A DNA stretch of 64,000 nt from Octopus vulgaris (taxonomy: Eukaryota): positions 53,506,001 to 53,570,000 of the forward strand of contig OX597819.1 of NCBI GenBank assembly GCA_951406725.2, written 5' to 3'. Numbering within the stretch: the first letter of the stretch is position 1; each line of letters begins with the position of its first letter. A model generated the notes under the pieces. The model saw nothing but the letters and a program-made list of their open reading frames with translations, made no database searches and had not been told where the DNA came from. Below, piece by piece: positions 1-12,813 of this stretch. The translations under genes were made by a program, and so were the position numbers.

Positions 1-980
1 GTTACAAAATACAATTTTCCTATCTACTGCAAACTAATGACTAATGTCACTCTCTTAAATTATGTCCGGGGTGAATCTAATTGTCTTATGTTGTTATTTA
101 GTATGTCCCAAGACAAAATAAATTATTCCAATAAAAGACCAAAATGAAAGACTTAAGTCATTTAAATAAACTGCTCTCTCTCTTATACACACACACACAC
201 ATCAATAGAAATCAATATCTGGGAAATTCCTTTAAATGATGTATTAAAAAATGTTAAGGCAGCAAATTAATAGAATCTTTAGAATAATGCCTATCATTCA
301 TTCCATCTTTCTAAGAGTTTTCTCTGAGTTCAAATCCCATGGAGGACGACTTTGCCTTTCATCCATTGGAAGTCAATAAAGAAAGTACTAAAAAAGCACT
401 GAGGGCAAATCTCTCTCTCTCTCTCTCTTTCTCTGGTTTGTAACTTGTGATTAAAAAGTCTAGACTCGTCACTTCATCATGTTGGTTCAGCCAGAGAATT
501 GCATTAAGCTCATACATGTCTGTGGAATACTCATCCGTTTACATGTTAACTTCATGACTAGGAATTCAGTTCGTCGAACAACTGAAAGCTCCTTGTCAGG
601 AACAATGAATAAACCACCATCAAAAGAATGTATTTTATCATATATTAATTTATTTTATATAAATTTTTTAAAGGAAAGAAAATGAGATGGACAATATTCA
701 TGCCTTACTCAAAAGGAAAGAAAGTATGAGTGTCACATCTTTATTTTCCCTTTTCTACAAAAGCTAAAATGCTGTGGCTATGATCCCCACCCATCAAAAA
801 ACTGAAACTAAAAAGCTTTTTGCTGACTGAAAGATTCTAATCAAAGATACTGTTTTTGCTCAGTGTGATATCTTTTTAAATAAGGTTATCTCAGGCAGGA
901 CAGTATCAAAAGGGTTTACACCGATTTACATTAAGAACTCTATAATATGTATTTTCCAGTGAGATTACAAAGCACAGTAG

Positions 981-1200
981 TATCATTTAATGTGCGTTTT
1001 TCATGCTGGCATGGGTTAGACAGTTTGACAGAAACTGCCAAGTCAGAAAAAGGAACTGTCAAGTGAGAAGCCCTGCTGTCTGCTTTGACATGGTTTCTAC
1101 AGCTGGATACCCTTCCTAATGCCAACCCCTCTACAGAGTGTACTGGGTGCTTTTTAATGGCACCTGCAGCAGAAGTCACCAAGTATCATGCAGGACAAGA
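981..1200 (-). mobile_element. RTE-LINE 3'-end fragment
   Basis: catgctggcatgggtt...gtttctacagctggat...cttcctaatgccaacc is the reverse complement of the 3' UTR end of the LINE at 19319-21849. Confidence 0.7.
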
Positions 1201-1531
1201 CCCCTGAACTAGGCTGAATAGTATTGAGTGACAGAAAACGGTGTCTTGTGCAAAATTCAGTGTCAGTACTTGACTGCATGATTTTTAATTTCAAAACTTG
1301 TTACAGAGATTAGGTTCCTTTGCTAACAACAGACTACTCATATTTTACAGCAAAGTATTTATTTAAAAGTAAGAAAAGAATCCACTGTAGAAATAAATGT
1401 GCCTACATTAACCAAAAAAGAAAACATCCCCATATGTGTATGATAGAAAAAACAGTCCAGAAAACTGGAATTTAAGGGATATAATTTAAGGTTACCTAAT
1501 GATTCAAGCAAATTACATGTCTTTCACTTAC

Positions 1532-1639
1532 CAATATCTCCAAGGTAAACCAGACAACGATGGCATGCTCCTAATGCCCACTCTTGAACAGTAATGCTCA
1601 CCTCTTTCTTCTTTGAGTTATGCAATTGACTCTTTTTCC
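1532..1639 (-). CDS. SMG5: SMG5 coding exon 5 (108 nt; GKKSQLHNSKKKEVSITVQEWALGACHRCLVYLGDI); gene continues beyond window start
   Basis: ttttaacag|GG acceptor and ATTG|gtaagt donor; ACHRCLVYLGD is the conserved SMG5/6/7 (EST1) motif. Missed by the ORF track. Confidence 0.95.
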
Positions 1640-1744
1640 CTGTTAAAAAAAGATTAATATTTTAGATGGTAAAAGATTTATGTGAGAATATATAGGAATG
1701 ACTGTACATATAAAAATATATATTCACTTTTATGTCTTAAGTGC

Positions 1745-2128
1745 AGGCATGGCTGTCAGTTTAAGAAACTCACTTTGTAATCAGATGGTCCCACTGCATA
1801 GCACCTTCAGCATGTATCCTCTACTTTAGTCATAGGCTGACCAATGCCATGTGAGTAAATTTGGTAGATGGAAACTGTGGGGAAGCATGTCACATATATA
1901 TATATACGTCGTTCAATGCTTGAAATGAGGAGTAGCTGGACAGCTGACAACTGATGAAGGGTCATTCTTTATGTTACTTGCCCTGTTTTCCATTTATTTC
2001 TCTCGTTTATGTATTCAACTCCTTTGTTTTCGTATTTCATGTTGTTTACAGTTTGTGACGCCCTGTAACCATGTGTGTGTGTGTGTGCATGGGTGGGTGT
2101 GTGTGCATGGGTGGGTGTGTGTGTGTTA

Positions 2129-2168
<40 letters not shown>

Positions 2169-2380
2169 GTATATGTGTGTTTGTCCTTCACCACTACATG
2201 ACAGCTAGTACTGGTTTGCTTATATCTCGGTAACTAAGCAATTCAGCAAAGGAGACTGATAGAAGGATAGAAGTACCAGACTTTAAAAAAAAAAGTTCTG
2301 GGTTCAATGTGTTTGACTAAACCCTTCAAAGCAGTGCCCCAGCATACTCACAGTCCTATGACTGAAATGAGTAAAAGTTA
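1745..2380 (+). mobile_element. Degenerate SINE family A copy interrupted by another repeat and (TG)n
   Basis: Head cccactgcatagcacct...ggtagatggaaactg and tail gcagtgccccagcat...gactgaaa match the copy at 8598-8989. Confidence 0.6.
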
Positions 2381-2885
2381 AATGAATATATAATTCAGGC
2401 ATTGTTTTAGTCAGATGCCCTTCCTGTTGCTAACCCTCACCTATTTTTCAAGTAAAAGATATCTTATTCCACATGCAGTGGAAGGCACACTAGCAGGAGG
2501 TATGACAGCAATGCTACTGACAACAGCTGAGCAATTTTCAAAGAAGTATAAATGTAAACACATGCACACACATTTCAAAGATTTGTATTTGCTTGAATGA
2601 AAATTACAAAGAATACTTTTATTATATCATTTTAAATTTCTCAGAAAAATATTATCAACATAAAACATGTACATAAATTAATGCAAATGATTGTAGATTT
2701 ACAAAGAAATTAAAAACTGTAAATTTGATGTCCTGCAATAATAAAAAAAATTTAGAGGTCATCAGCCTCACACTTTAATTATTTATTTTGAGAGCTTAAT
2801 TGTTAAAAACATATTCAATGCAAAATAATATTTAAGTCAATTGAAGTGTTTATAATGTTATTGCACTTTTATTATTATTATTTGA

Positions 2886-3297
2886 AGGTGACAAGCTGGC
2901 AGGATCATTAATGCGTCAGATAAAATGCTTAGCAGCATTTCTTCTAGCTCTTTACATTCTAAGTTTAAATACCACCAAGGTCAACTTTGCCTTTCATCAT
3001 TGCAGAGTCCATAACTAAAGTACCAGTCAAATAGTGGAAGGGTTATGTAATCAATCCTCCTGAACTAAAATTGCTGGCTAAAATTTGAAACCATCATCAT
3101 TATTGTTGTTAAGTTGACAAGCTGGTAGAATCATCAGCATGCCAGACAAAATGCAGTGAATTAGAGTTTTGAACAAAATGCCATACAGAATTTGTTCCAG
3201 CTCTTCACATTCTGAGTTCAAATCCCACCAAAGTCAACTTAGGTCCAATTGTTCCTCTCTCCGAAATTTCTGTTTGTGAACCTAATTTAGAAACAAT
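2886..3297 (+). mobile_element. Two degenerate SINE family B copies
   Basis: aagctggcag/aagctggtag heads and gagttcaaat...caactttgcctttcatc core, as in 36842-37072. Confidence 0.65.
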
Positions 3298-3972
3298 TAA
3301 CATCATCATCGTCAAACCAATTCAATTTTAGCAGTATATACATACAAATCTTAATTCTGTAGATTTGGTAGAGGGAAACTAAAATTGTGTTGCATTTGTA
3401 TATGCATGTATGTGTGTGTTTGAGTCTTCTTGTCTTGACATCACACAATAGTTACAAACAAATGCTCCCATCATGAACCCTCATTTCCAGTATTCTGTGA
3501 AAACTGGAAATATCACCTTACTTGAAAACAAACTGGGGTTAGCAACAGGAAAGGCATCTAACCATAGAAAATATGTCTCAACAAATTCCATCTGATCCAT
3601 GCAAACATGAAAAAGTGGACATTCAGCTAATGATGATTCCTAACAAATCAAAAATTAAACTAATGGCTCTTAAGACTATGAGCTACATAGAAGATACATT
3701 TAAAGATTAACAAAAAACAAAAAAACAACTAAAATCTTCAGCTTAAAAACCTTACATGTGTCAAATTAAAACTAATCACCTATCATCAGATCAAGAGTGG
3801 TAAGATTTATACAGGAAAATAAAAACAAAAAAGATTGCTCATAAAAATGCAGGTGTAAAGTAGATTCTTTTTTTATATATATAAAATAAAATGAACTTCA
3901 TCAAATACAATCGTCACAGTGACCTGCAATCCTGACTTCGTTAGAAAATCTTCATTAGACAAATTTATTTAA

Positions 3973-4192
3973 CCCTTTAGCATTTAAACCAACCATATCC
4001 GGCCCAAATATTCTGCTGGTTTTATGTTGGAACTGGCTATATTCAGCCTCTCACACCTACCCTATAATGTCATTGTAAAAATAAATAATCACAACACTAA
4101 AATTTAAAAGCTATGTGATAATGCACGGGGAATTCATAACAATGCAAATAAATAAGCATTACATTGGACAGAATAATCTGAATACGAAAGGG
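3973..4192. mobile_element. piggyBac-type MITE (family P1)
   Basis: TTAA on both sides (3969-3972, 4193-4196); termini CCCTTTAGCAT...GAATACGAAAGGG; same family at about 7015-7218, 29854-30633 and 36250-36469. Confidence 0.8.
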
Positions 4193-4255
4193 TTAAATAA
4201 CAATTTACAAAAATTAAATTCCAGTATTAGAAATGCTTAGTATAGTTATTCATAC

Positions 4256-4412
4256 CTGTGCTGTGATCAGGTACAACAGGGAAATCCAACTTTCCATCCA
4301 ACTGTAGACAGAACTCAGTCTGTAGGCGTAAAAGGAGGTGGTAATAGTATCCAGTAGCAGCAGCAAGGTGAGTGCGGAATGCTGTCTCAAGGGAGCCGTG
4401 AGGGCGAATATG
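4256..4412 (-). CDS. SMG5: SMG5 coding exon 4 (157 nt; HIRPHGSLETAFRTHLAAATGYYYHLLLRLQTEFCLQLDGKLDFPVVPDHST)
   Basis: tttcag|CAT acceptor and ACAG|gtatga donor; matches human LECAYRTHLVAGIGFYQHLLL (recalled). Confidence 0.95.
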
Positions 4413-4857
4413 CTGAAATTGGAAGGAAGACAAATAAACTAAAAGTTATATTGTAATCGTTCATAATTGTTTCCTTAGTAAAATTCTTCAAACCTTGATA
4501 TGAGGAATAAAACAAAATAACAGAGACTTATATGTTTGAAGAACTAATAAAAAAACAGAAAAGACTAATGACCCTTTTGGTCCTTTTGATGAAATAGTTA
4601 ATAACAAGAGTCTATGGGCTCAATATTTTGACTCAGTACACTAAATGAGAACAGACTGAATACATTAATCTTTTACTAAAATGTCAAAGAATCTAATAAT
4701 ATGAATTTAACCTTATGAGTGATAACTGTTGTTTTGAAATTAAGCACAGATTCTTTGAGAATTTGTTTAGGTACTTACTATTATTTATACTATTAAGAAA
4801 TAGAAAACAAACTGGGCTTTTGATTTTGTCAATGAATAAAAAATACCAAATGATTAC

Positions 4858-4981
4858 CCGTTTGTTGCGCTTGACAAGTTGGATGATATCGTAAAAGACC
4901 TTCCGCCACAGAACTTCTTCTGCCTTACGTCCATAGTCAATAGGGTTGTAGAACATCAAGCGCTCACAGTAGTATTTCAAC
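4858..4981 (-). CDS. SMG5: SMG5 coding exon 3 (124 nt; LKYYCERLMFYNPIDYGRKAEEVLWRKVFYDIIQLVKRNKR), EST1/14-3-3-like domain
   Basis: atgtag|G acceptor and CGG|gtaatc donor; the DYGRKAEExLWRKV motif is characteristic of SMG5. Confidence 0.96.
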
Positions 4982-5879
4982 CTACATCCGGAGAAAGGAA
5001 AAGTAAAAACAGAAAAAGGTTGAATAAAAAAATTCAACATCAATTTCCCAAACTATTAACATTGCAAATAAAGAAAAAAAATACTAATAATCACAAAGTA
5101 CTAGTACCAAGATGGGGAAAGGAAGAGTTATCAAACAGCCAATATAAGGGTTGAATGCAAATCCACTCCCCAAAATAGCCACAATTAATTAAAACTATTT
5201 TGTTTTAATATGTTTATTTTTTAAATGATGACTTAGAAAGAGTACCACAAATTCCAAGCACTAGAAGCCAGAATAGAAATAGAAAATGCTTAAATTTATC
5301 CGACCATTTTACCTGTGTTCCAGTACTTGTGTAGATACCAGAGAGCAAGACAAGAGAGCCTCTAGATGACCATTCAACCTGCTAGAAATTATCAGCTAAC
5401 TCCCCATTAAATATGAATGATACATTGGAAAATACAGCCATAAATATGAAAAAGACAAGATGGCTACTCAGTAGGATAACGTAATCCTAGATAAAGTAAA
5501 ATATGGAATGGTCATCTTTGAAATGTCTGACCATAGATCTGTTTGGTCAGAGCTAATCTGAGCTAAGCAACAACAACAGCAGCAGCCGTTCAAGAATTTG
5601 GACCTGGAGATCTCCATTTTCAGCAACTTTGAGAGCCACCTCCCAGTGGTGTTGGGCGTCAACAAAGAGCCCTCAACTACAAGACGACCAAAGTTTTTTG
5701 TTTTTTTCCCAAGGTCTGGGGTCTCCTGCCCCTAAGCCCTAGACCATCACCCTTACCTGTCTTGTTGCTTAACAACAACAGCAGTACTATCATCATTATT
5801 TTACATCTGGCTTATGCAATATGAATTACACACATACAATTTTTTTCTTTTTTTATTTAATCAAAAAATATCAATTAAA

Positions 5880-6637
5880 TTATAGCTGGGAGATAACAGT
5901 TTACTCAGCTTCCACCATAGCCTTAGAAGAGTTCCAGAAGCTGGTGCAGGTGTTCCTTACTGTGTCCCTGTGAAGATTTTCAAACACCTCCAGCTCGGCC
6001 TTAGTGTTGCAGGCAGAGCAGCTGTTGTCTTTCAACATTGCTCTAGACATAGTAATCAAAGGTACTACAATGAGGGGAATTAGGAAGCTAGAAATTAAGG
6101 CTGCTGAAGACACAGGAATTCTCTGACAATCATTTCTGACACTTTCTGGGGATATGGAAAGGAGCCAAATCCTGCTGCAACACATACAGCTTTCCAGTAG
6201 CAACTCTCTTGAGCCAGGGTTTGACAACAGTCTCCAGCAGCTTCACATAGAGTTGAACATAAGACCCTGTTCACAGATGAGGTGGAGGGTGGGGGGTGCA
6301 TGACGTCACCTTCACCAGAGACACATCCAAAGAACCATTACAGTTTGGAGGAATTTGGTTTTCATGATGCCTGTGTCCCATTATGTTCAGAGAGCATTGA
6401 GCAGCAGTTATGAAGTTGGTATTTTAATACCCAACACAAATCATTATGACATTTAGATGGCTTCCAGTCTTCTGTGTCAGCTGACTTTTTCTCAACCATA
6501 ACTGTAATCTTTAATCTTTATTCTCTCTAATCTCAAATTCTTATGTTCTCTAACATCATTGACTGTTTGCCAGAACATCAAGCTGTTCTTGAAAAATGGA
6601 TACATAAAAAATCATCGAGTTTAGTCAGAACACCCTG
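5880..6637 (-). mobile_element. Decayed Tc1/mariner DD37D (maT) transposon in SMG5 intron 2
   Basis: Minus frame reads YVKLLETVVKPWLKRVATGKLYVLQQDLAPFHIPRKCQK*LSENSCVFSSLNF*LPNSPHCSTFDYYV*, with 37 residues between the second and third catalytic D. Terminus TA-CAGGGTG at 6639-6631. Confidence 0.85.
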
Positions 6638-6760
6638 TACTTTGTCAATTTTTGTCTTTATTATATTATGGGCTTAATGTTTCCAATCAAAAGGCTACAG
6701 GAACAAACAATTACTTGAAATATCGATACGATTAGAAAATATAGTCACAAAGTTGCCTAC

Positions 6761-6859
6761 TTGTTTCGTAATCCAACAGCATCTTGTGTAAATACATTTC
6801 TGTAGGCACGTTTTTGCTGGAGGAGATCATCAAGTCTACGAATAGCATCCAAAGCTGCC
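6761..6859 (-). CDS. SMG5: SMG5 coding exon 2 (99 nt; AALDAIRRLDDLLQQKRAYRNVFTQDAVGLRNK)
   Basis: ttacag|G acceptor and AA|gtagg donor; aligns without gaps to human AVVEAVHRLDLILCNKTAYQEVFKPENISLRNK (recalled sequence). Confidence 0.93.
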
Positions 6860-7014
6860 CTGTAATTTGAAAGAGAAAGTAGCATCAACGTTAGTGGAAC
6901 AATGTTAGAATTCTCAACATAAAAACAAATGGAAACAAGAAGAAAAAGGAATGAAATCTTTGCAGAACAAGACAGATTCAAATTGAAAAGAAAGTCGCCT
7001 GGAGCAATGGTTTG

Positions 7015-7218
7015 ACTTTTTACTATTCAGACTACTCTGTCAAATGTAATACTTATTTATTCACATTGTTTTGAATTAATCATGCATTATCCCATAGTTC
7101 TGAGATTTCAATGATGTGATTATTTTTAGAATGACATTGTAGGGCAGATGTGAGAGGGGCCAGCCAGTTTGAACAGGTTCAAGGCCACATGTGGCCCATT
7201 TAAAGGCTAAAGGGTTAA
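7015..7218. mobile_element. piggyBac-type MITE P1, opposite orientation
   Basis: Reverse complement of 3973-4192; ends ...aaagggTTAA. Confidence 0.7.
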
Positions 7219-8597
7219 AGTTATTATGCCTTCAGCATAAATGTGACAAGTTTCTCTACATTTAAGTAACTCACCATCAATTTTGAAAAGTGGTCTCAGA
7301 CAAGTTGGTATCAAAAGGGTTAAATAAACAGAGTAGAAAACTTCAACTATTTGGGTTCAAGCATAAAAATTACAATTAATTAAAACAAAATTATTCTGGG
7401 CCTAATTCTACTGCAAGGGACTTTGATCAGTTGTCTTCTACACTTCCAGGTTATCAAAAAAAACTTGTGGGTGAAATTTTATAGACAAAAAAATGTGTGA
7501 AAGTCTCTTGTATATGTGTACTAGGTAAATTGTAATTGAAGAAATCCTATATTGTAGATTTCTATAAGAGACAAAGGGAGGCAGATAAAATCTGCCTTTT
7601 ATAATAAGAGATATATGCATATTGCATTAGGTGTATCTTTTTCCAATGTACAAATCCACAAAAAAAAAAGCAACAAAAAAAACCAGTTTGTTTAAGCAAA
7701 TATATCACTTTGCCATAAGAAATGCAGTGAACCATTGACTGACTCAATGAAAGTGTATAACTGCTATTTTTCATAAAACATCTGATGATGATGATGAAGA
7801 TGATAAATGTTGACAAGTTTATGAGGTTACACAATTATCACATTCATGACGTGTCGTTACTTTGGCAACTACTGACCCATCTTCTTCACTTCCAACACCA
7901 CAAAGATGGAGATAATCATAAACAACCATTACCTTCATCACCTTTAGTCTCACTACTGTCTTACTCTTAAGGACTGGCAATACAGGATTCCATAGAGATC
8001 AAATCAATATATCATAGCCTAGCATTCCTAAGCTATACACCAGCAGTCTCTTGCTCTTCAGAATTTCACAAAATGCAATGGCATTGAATTCAGTGAAGCC
8101 TTCAACCATGTCAGACCCTTGTGAGTTGATCATCTAAAAGCTCCATTTATATAAACCCCTTGGATGGGAATTTCGTTGTCAAACCATTCCATTACTGTAT
8201 GGTGCAGACAGAATTCATTTCAAATCACACTATCAACTCTAGGTTCAGTTGTGTATCCTACACTCCTCTTTTTTCATATTAACGACAAAATTATTGCTAC
8301 CTTCTAATAACACACACTCTAATATATGTCATGCTATCCTTACACCTCCTTAACCTTCTGCATACAAGTATCAATCATGATCAATTTAGATCCGTGATGT
8401 CAGATAACCACTACCTACATGAACAGACATCTCAAAATATCAGGAGCAGGAGGAGACATGACAATCTAGAAATGTGCCCTCTCTACATACAAACATAGAA
8501 AGCCTTCAAAATCACTATAAGTGTTAGCCCTCACAATCTCTGATCATACATTGTTACCTCACACGCATGACATTACCTATACTGCTTCTTGAAAAAT

Positions 8598-8989
8598 TGG
8601 CTGTGTGGTAAGTAGCTTGCTTACCAACCACATGGTCCCGGGTTCATTCCCACTGCATAGCACCTTGGGCAAGTGCCTTCTACTATAGCCTCGGGCCAAC
8701 CAAAGCCTTGTGAGTGGATTTGGTAGACGGAACCTGAAAGAAGCCCATCGTATATATGTATATGTATATATATATATGTATGTGTGTGTGTTTGTGTCTG
8801 TCCCCACAACATTACTTGACAACCGATGCTGCTGGTGTGTATATGTCCCCATAACTTAGTGGTTCGGCAAAAGAGACCGACAGAATAAGTACTAGGCTTA
8901 CAAAGAATAAGTCCTGGGGTTGATTTGCTCAACTAAAGGCAGTGCTCCAGCATAGCCACAGCCAAATAACTGAAACAAGTAAAAGAGTA
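8598..8989 (+). mobile_element. tRNA-derived SINE family A, near full length
   Basis: A/B-box-like head (tggctgtgtggtaag...gggttcattccc), internal (TA)/(TG) tract and tail gactgaaacaagtaaaagagta; more than 15 related copies in the window. Confidence 0.85.
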
Positions 8990-10963
8990 CCTCTTTAGGA
9001 CTGAAAAAATACTTCAGCTCTGTTGCAGACCTAAACAAAACTTAACTCAAGCAAAAAGTACATGGGAGTACGGCTCATCTATCTGGAATGGTGCTATTAC
9101 TACACACAAACATCCTAGACTATATCCGAAGTAGTTAATTCAGCTCATTAGTAGGGAATCATTCATCTACAAACTATACTCACAGTCTCGTGCCTGCACT
9201 ATTTCTTCTCCCTGCTTCAGCTGCCACCACAGTAACAATCTCTACTCTTCTGAACTACTTAGTTATTTGCACATGCTTTTCTTTCAAGTTCGCTTGAAAC
9301 ATTTATTTCTTCTCTCATCACCTTTACTCTATCTCACTAACCAGATTCTGTACGAAACACTTTTGTCAATCAGATCCCCCTAGAATTGCAACTTTCTGAA
9401 ATTACCTCACTCACCATCCACAGTTTTCTGGCAATCATTAACCTACAAACAAATACAGTCTAACTAAACAATCAAGCACAATAATGAGTAGCACCTATTC
9501 CTTATTATAATGGTTGTAAGAAATAAACAGTTATGTAGCTCTGCCTTATGTAGAGTTTGAACAAGAAGAATTTTGGATAAATATTATTAGTGGTCATCAG
9601 GAAGGGCATCCAGCTGTAGACAAAAATCTGCCTCAACAAATTCTGCCACCCAACACAAGCATGGAAAAATGGAGGTTTAACAAAAAAGAGTAATGATGAT
9701 GATGATGATGATGCCATCATATTTCTCATACATAAATTCTAAAAAAATATCAGTATTTACTTTTAATTGGATAATGCTCTAAGTGAGAGAGAGCGATTAA
9801 CATCATACCAATCCATTATATACTTGCTAAAGACAAAAAGTGCATATGTCACAGAAATCATGAACTATTTTACAAAATGGTATCATGAGTTACCATTTAA
9901 CAGGAAGACAATCCAACATGTCATCTTTGATAAGCTCAGAATGTCATAAATTGCAAATTAGCAATATATGTCTGAGAAGGAATAAAAAAAAAACCTACAT
10001 AAAACAGAAAAAAAAAATAGTAATATGAGATATCATTTGACAGGTCATCTTTAGTAAGCTCAAAATGCCACATATTCTTCACAGAACCATGATAAAACTA
10101 TAAAACTGAAATATATGTTGGTAAAGAAAGAAATCTAAGTAGAAAAGAAAATGATAAATTAATCAATGTCTTTATTAGTATGCCAAGATGCTCTAGTACA
10201 GCAATAAAAACATGATGATTACACTAAGAAATACTAACAGAAGTAGTTTTTTTTTTTTTATGCGTGCAAAATCACACATAATCATTATTATAAATTTTCT
10301 AAATGTTTCATTTCCTTTCACAAAACATAATGGTAGGATTTTAACCCATGGCTCAACACCAATCTTGTTGCTGAACCACATGTCAACTCCAATGAAGCAT
10401 GATTAAAAATAGGAGAATAAGAAATATGTTAATTATAGATGGTCTGTGAGAAAGGGAGTGACATCTGGTAGCATTAAGGGGTAATGCTAGTTTGTAAAGG
10501 AGAGCACAAGTGATAGATTGTCAAGAAAAGGATGGCAAGAAAGTGATGAATGCAAAACAGGAGTATGATTTGAAGGATAGAAGGAGTGATGGGCAACACA
10601 GTGCAAATCCACATTATTCAGACATCATGATGGAAATAAGAGAGATATACTAGTGGCAGCTAACATATCTGCCATTAAGAGAAAGAGGGCGAGTAATGGG
10701 TAGTTGTAGAAATGGTCAATGGTTAAGAAACTGCAATGGGTGGTATGGTGCAGCCAGTAATAGAGAGATGAGAGAGTATTAAATACACCAAAAGGACAGC
10801 AACTGGAGATTTTGTGGATATAAAATGAATGAGATATCCAGACATAGATATGCTATAAATCCCAGCTACTATCACTATGAAAGATATAGTAAAGTATTAC
10901 AATGATTAATGACATTCAGGAGAAGACTTGACAATACATGCAAACAGAACAAACATAGCAAAA

Positions 10964-11510
10964 TCATCATCATTTAACATCAGTTGTTCATGCTAGCATG
11001 GGTCGGATGGGTTGACCAGGATTGATTAGCTGAAAGGCTGCTCCAGGTTCCAATCTGATTTGGCATGGTTTTCTACGACTGGATGCCCTTCCTAATACAA
11101 ACCACCCAGAGAGTAAAATGGGTGCTTTTTACATTTAGTCATTGCCTCCATGAGGCCCAACACTCAAAAGGAACTCAGCCACTTTGCCTCCCTGCAGCCC
11201 AAAGCTTGAAAGGAACTCAGCCACTTTGTCTCCGTGAGGCCTAATGCTCAACAGGTGCTCTGATAGTAAATGTAATGTTTATTATGATAATGCCATTCAG
11301 GTTATATTAAATACTATTATTATCATCATTTAATGTTTATGTTCCATGTAGGCATGGGTTGACAAGATCTGAAAAGTTCAACAGGATCTGACAAGCCTGT
11401 GGACTATGCTGGTCTCCAGTGCCTGCTTTGGCATGGTTTCTATAGTCAGATGCCCTTCATAATGCCAACCACTTTACAGAGTGTACTGAGTGTGCTTTTC
11501 GTGGTACCAA
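10964..11510 (-). mobile_element. Two RTE-LINE 3'-end fragments; the first has a ~42-bp internal tandem repeat
   Basis: (CAT)n tail followed by catgctagcatggg...ggatgcccttcctaa; repeat tgcctcc...aaaggaactcagccactt about 2.7 times at 11143-11255. Confidence 0.7.
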
Positions 11511-11959
11511 TCTAACTTAATTTAAATCTAAATTTAATCTTTTTCTTTTCAGAGAGTTCAGAGAACCATAAATAATCTAAATACTAGTGCAAGAAAAAAA
11601 ATGTTAAAAGAGTACTTGATATCTTCAAATGAACAAAATGGACCAAGACATTTGGTACTCAAGGCCCAAAGAGACAAACCATTTACCATAGCCAAATAAG
11701 TCAATGTCTAATCAGCAATGGCAAAATGGCTGTGCCAAAACACTTCATACTCAAGATCTATTGGATCAAAAGCATATTGTCCAAGGGTAATTCATAGATT
11801 ATTGGGTGATGATCCTGAAAAGTGGCTGTAATTTAGTGAGATTTTTTTTTTGTTTTGTTTTTTTAAATATCATTATGTGAACCATTGAGGCTTCTTTCAA
11901 ATTATCAATTCAGGTTAACTAACATAACAGTGCTTACTGATACAATGAGATACTATAAT

Positions 11960-12330
11960 TTAACACTAGAGCAGTAACTAAACCAGCCTGGCATCAAAGT
12001 TTGGGATAGCATTTCAAGTGCTGGTGTTTTAGGACTTGGTTTTCTTTATTCGTTCAGTCACAAGTGACTGTTTCATCTTGTATCTTGAAACTGTAATGAA
12101 ATTGTTCAACAGTTACATCAACAGCCTAATTCACATGACTTCTATTTCCAGCAAGATGGGTCACCCTCAATCCCCACCTCACATCATCCCAAAAATTATT
12201 CAAGAGCAGTCTGTGAGTATCCTGATGAAACATTTCCTGGGAAATGGAAGGGATCTGCCAAAGAGGTCCAAATGATTGGCTTGCATGTACATCTGACTTT
12301 AAACCCCAACAGATTTTAAAATTGTCATTG
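11960..12330 (+). mobile_element. Highly decayed Tc1/mariner (rosa/DD41D-like) transposase remnant
   Basis: Fragments read LNQPGIKVW, FQQDGSP, DETFPGKWKG and DWLACTSD across frameshifts. Confidence 0.55.
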
Positions 12331-12540
12331 CTTTATACAGTATAAGTTCTTTTTATTTATTTTGTATTACTGCATGGGAAAAACAAAAAGCAAATTTGAA
12401 TATAATTGTGAATATGTCATCTTAAAATAAACAATCCTTTACTATTCACCTCCTTTTGGCCCAGACTCTGTCTCTCTTACTACACACACACACACACATA
12501 CACACATGTGGTTTATGTCAAAGCATAAATAGCATGTAAA

Positions 12541-12813
12541 TATACAGGGTGTCCTATCAGTAAATATAAGATATAAAAATATACAGGGTGTCCTATCAGT
12601 AAATATAAGATATAAAAATATACAGGGTGTCCTATCAGTAAATATAAGATATAAAAATATACAGGGTGTCCTATCAGTAAATATAAGATATAAAAATATA
12701 CAGGGTGTCCTATCAGTAAATATAAGATATAAAAATATACAGGGTGTCCTATCAGTAAATATAAGATATAAAAATATACAGGGTGTCCTATCAGTAAATA
12801 TAAGATATAAAAA
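12541..12813 (+). repeat. Perfect tandem repeat, 7 x 39 bp (tatacagggtgtcctatcagtaaatataagatataaaaa)
   Basis: Identical units start at 12541, 12580, 12619, 12658, 12697, 12736 and 12775. Confidence 0.97.

Noticed and set aside
1951-1990. CTGATGAAGG as a hammerhead core
   Set aside because: No stem II closure or GAAA follows; at most a truncated remnant.
4693-5043. ORF-track proteins 4693..5043, 4227..4433 and 6757..6981 as standalone genes
   Set aside because: Only the central parts are SMG5 exons bounded by splice sites; the flanks are intronic read-through.
5901-6227. 108-aa ORF as a host gene
   Set aside because: It is an alternative frame of the decayed DD37D transposase on the same strand.
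8598-8680. tRNA genes at SINE heads
   Set aside because: A/B-box-like motifs are present, but no cloverleaf was evident and the heads continue into SINE bodies.
7850-9470. Possible ancient CR1/L2 LINE around the SINE at 8598
   Set aside because: Only vague RT-like traces; too decayed to call from sequence alone.
12541-12813. CRISPR-like array, and ORF 12513..12848 with repeated YFYILYLLIGHPV
   Set aside because: Units are contiguous and identical with no spacers, there are no cas genes, and the context is eukaryotic. The ORF exists only because the stop-free unit length is a multiple of 3.
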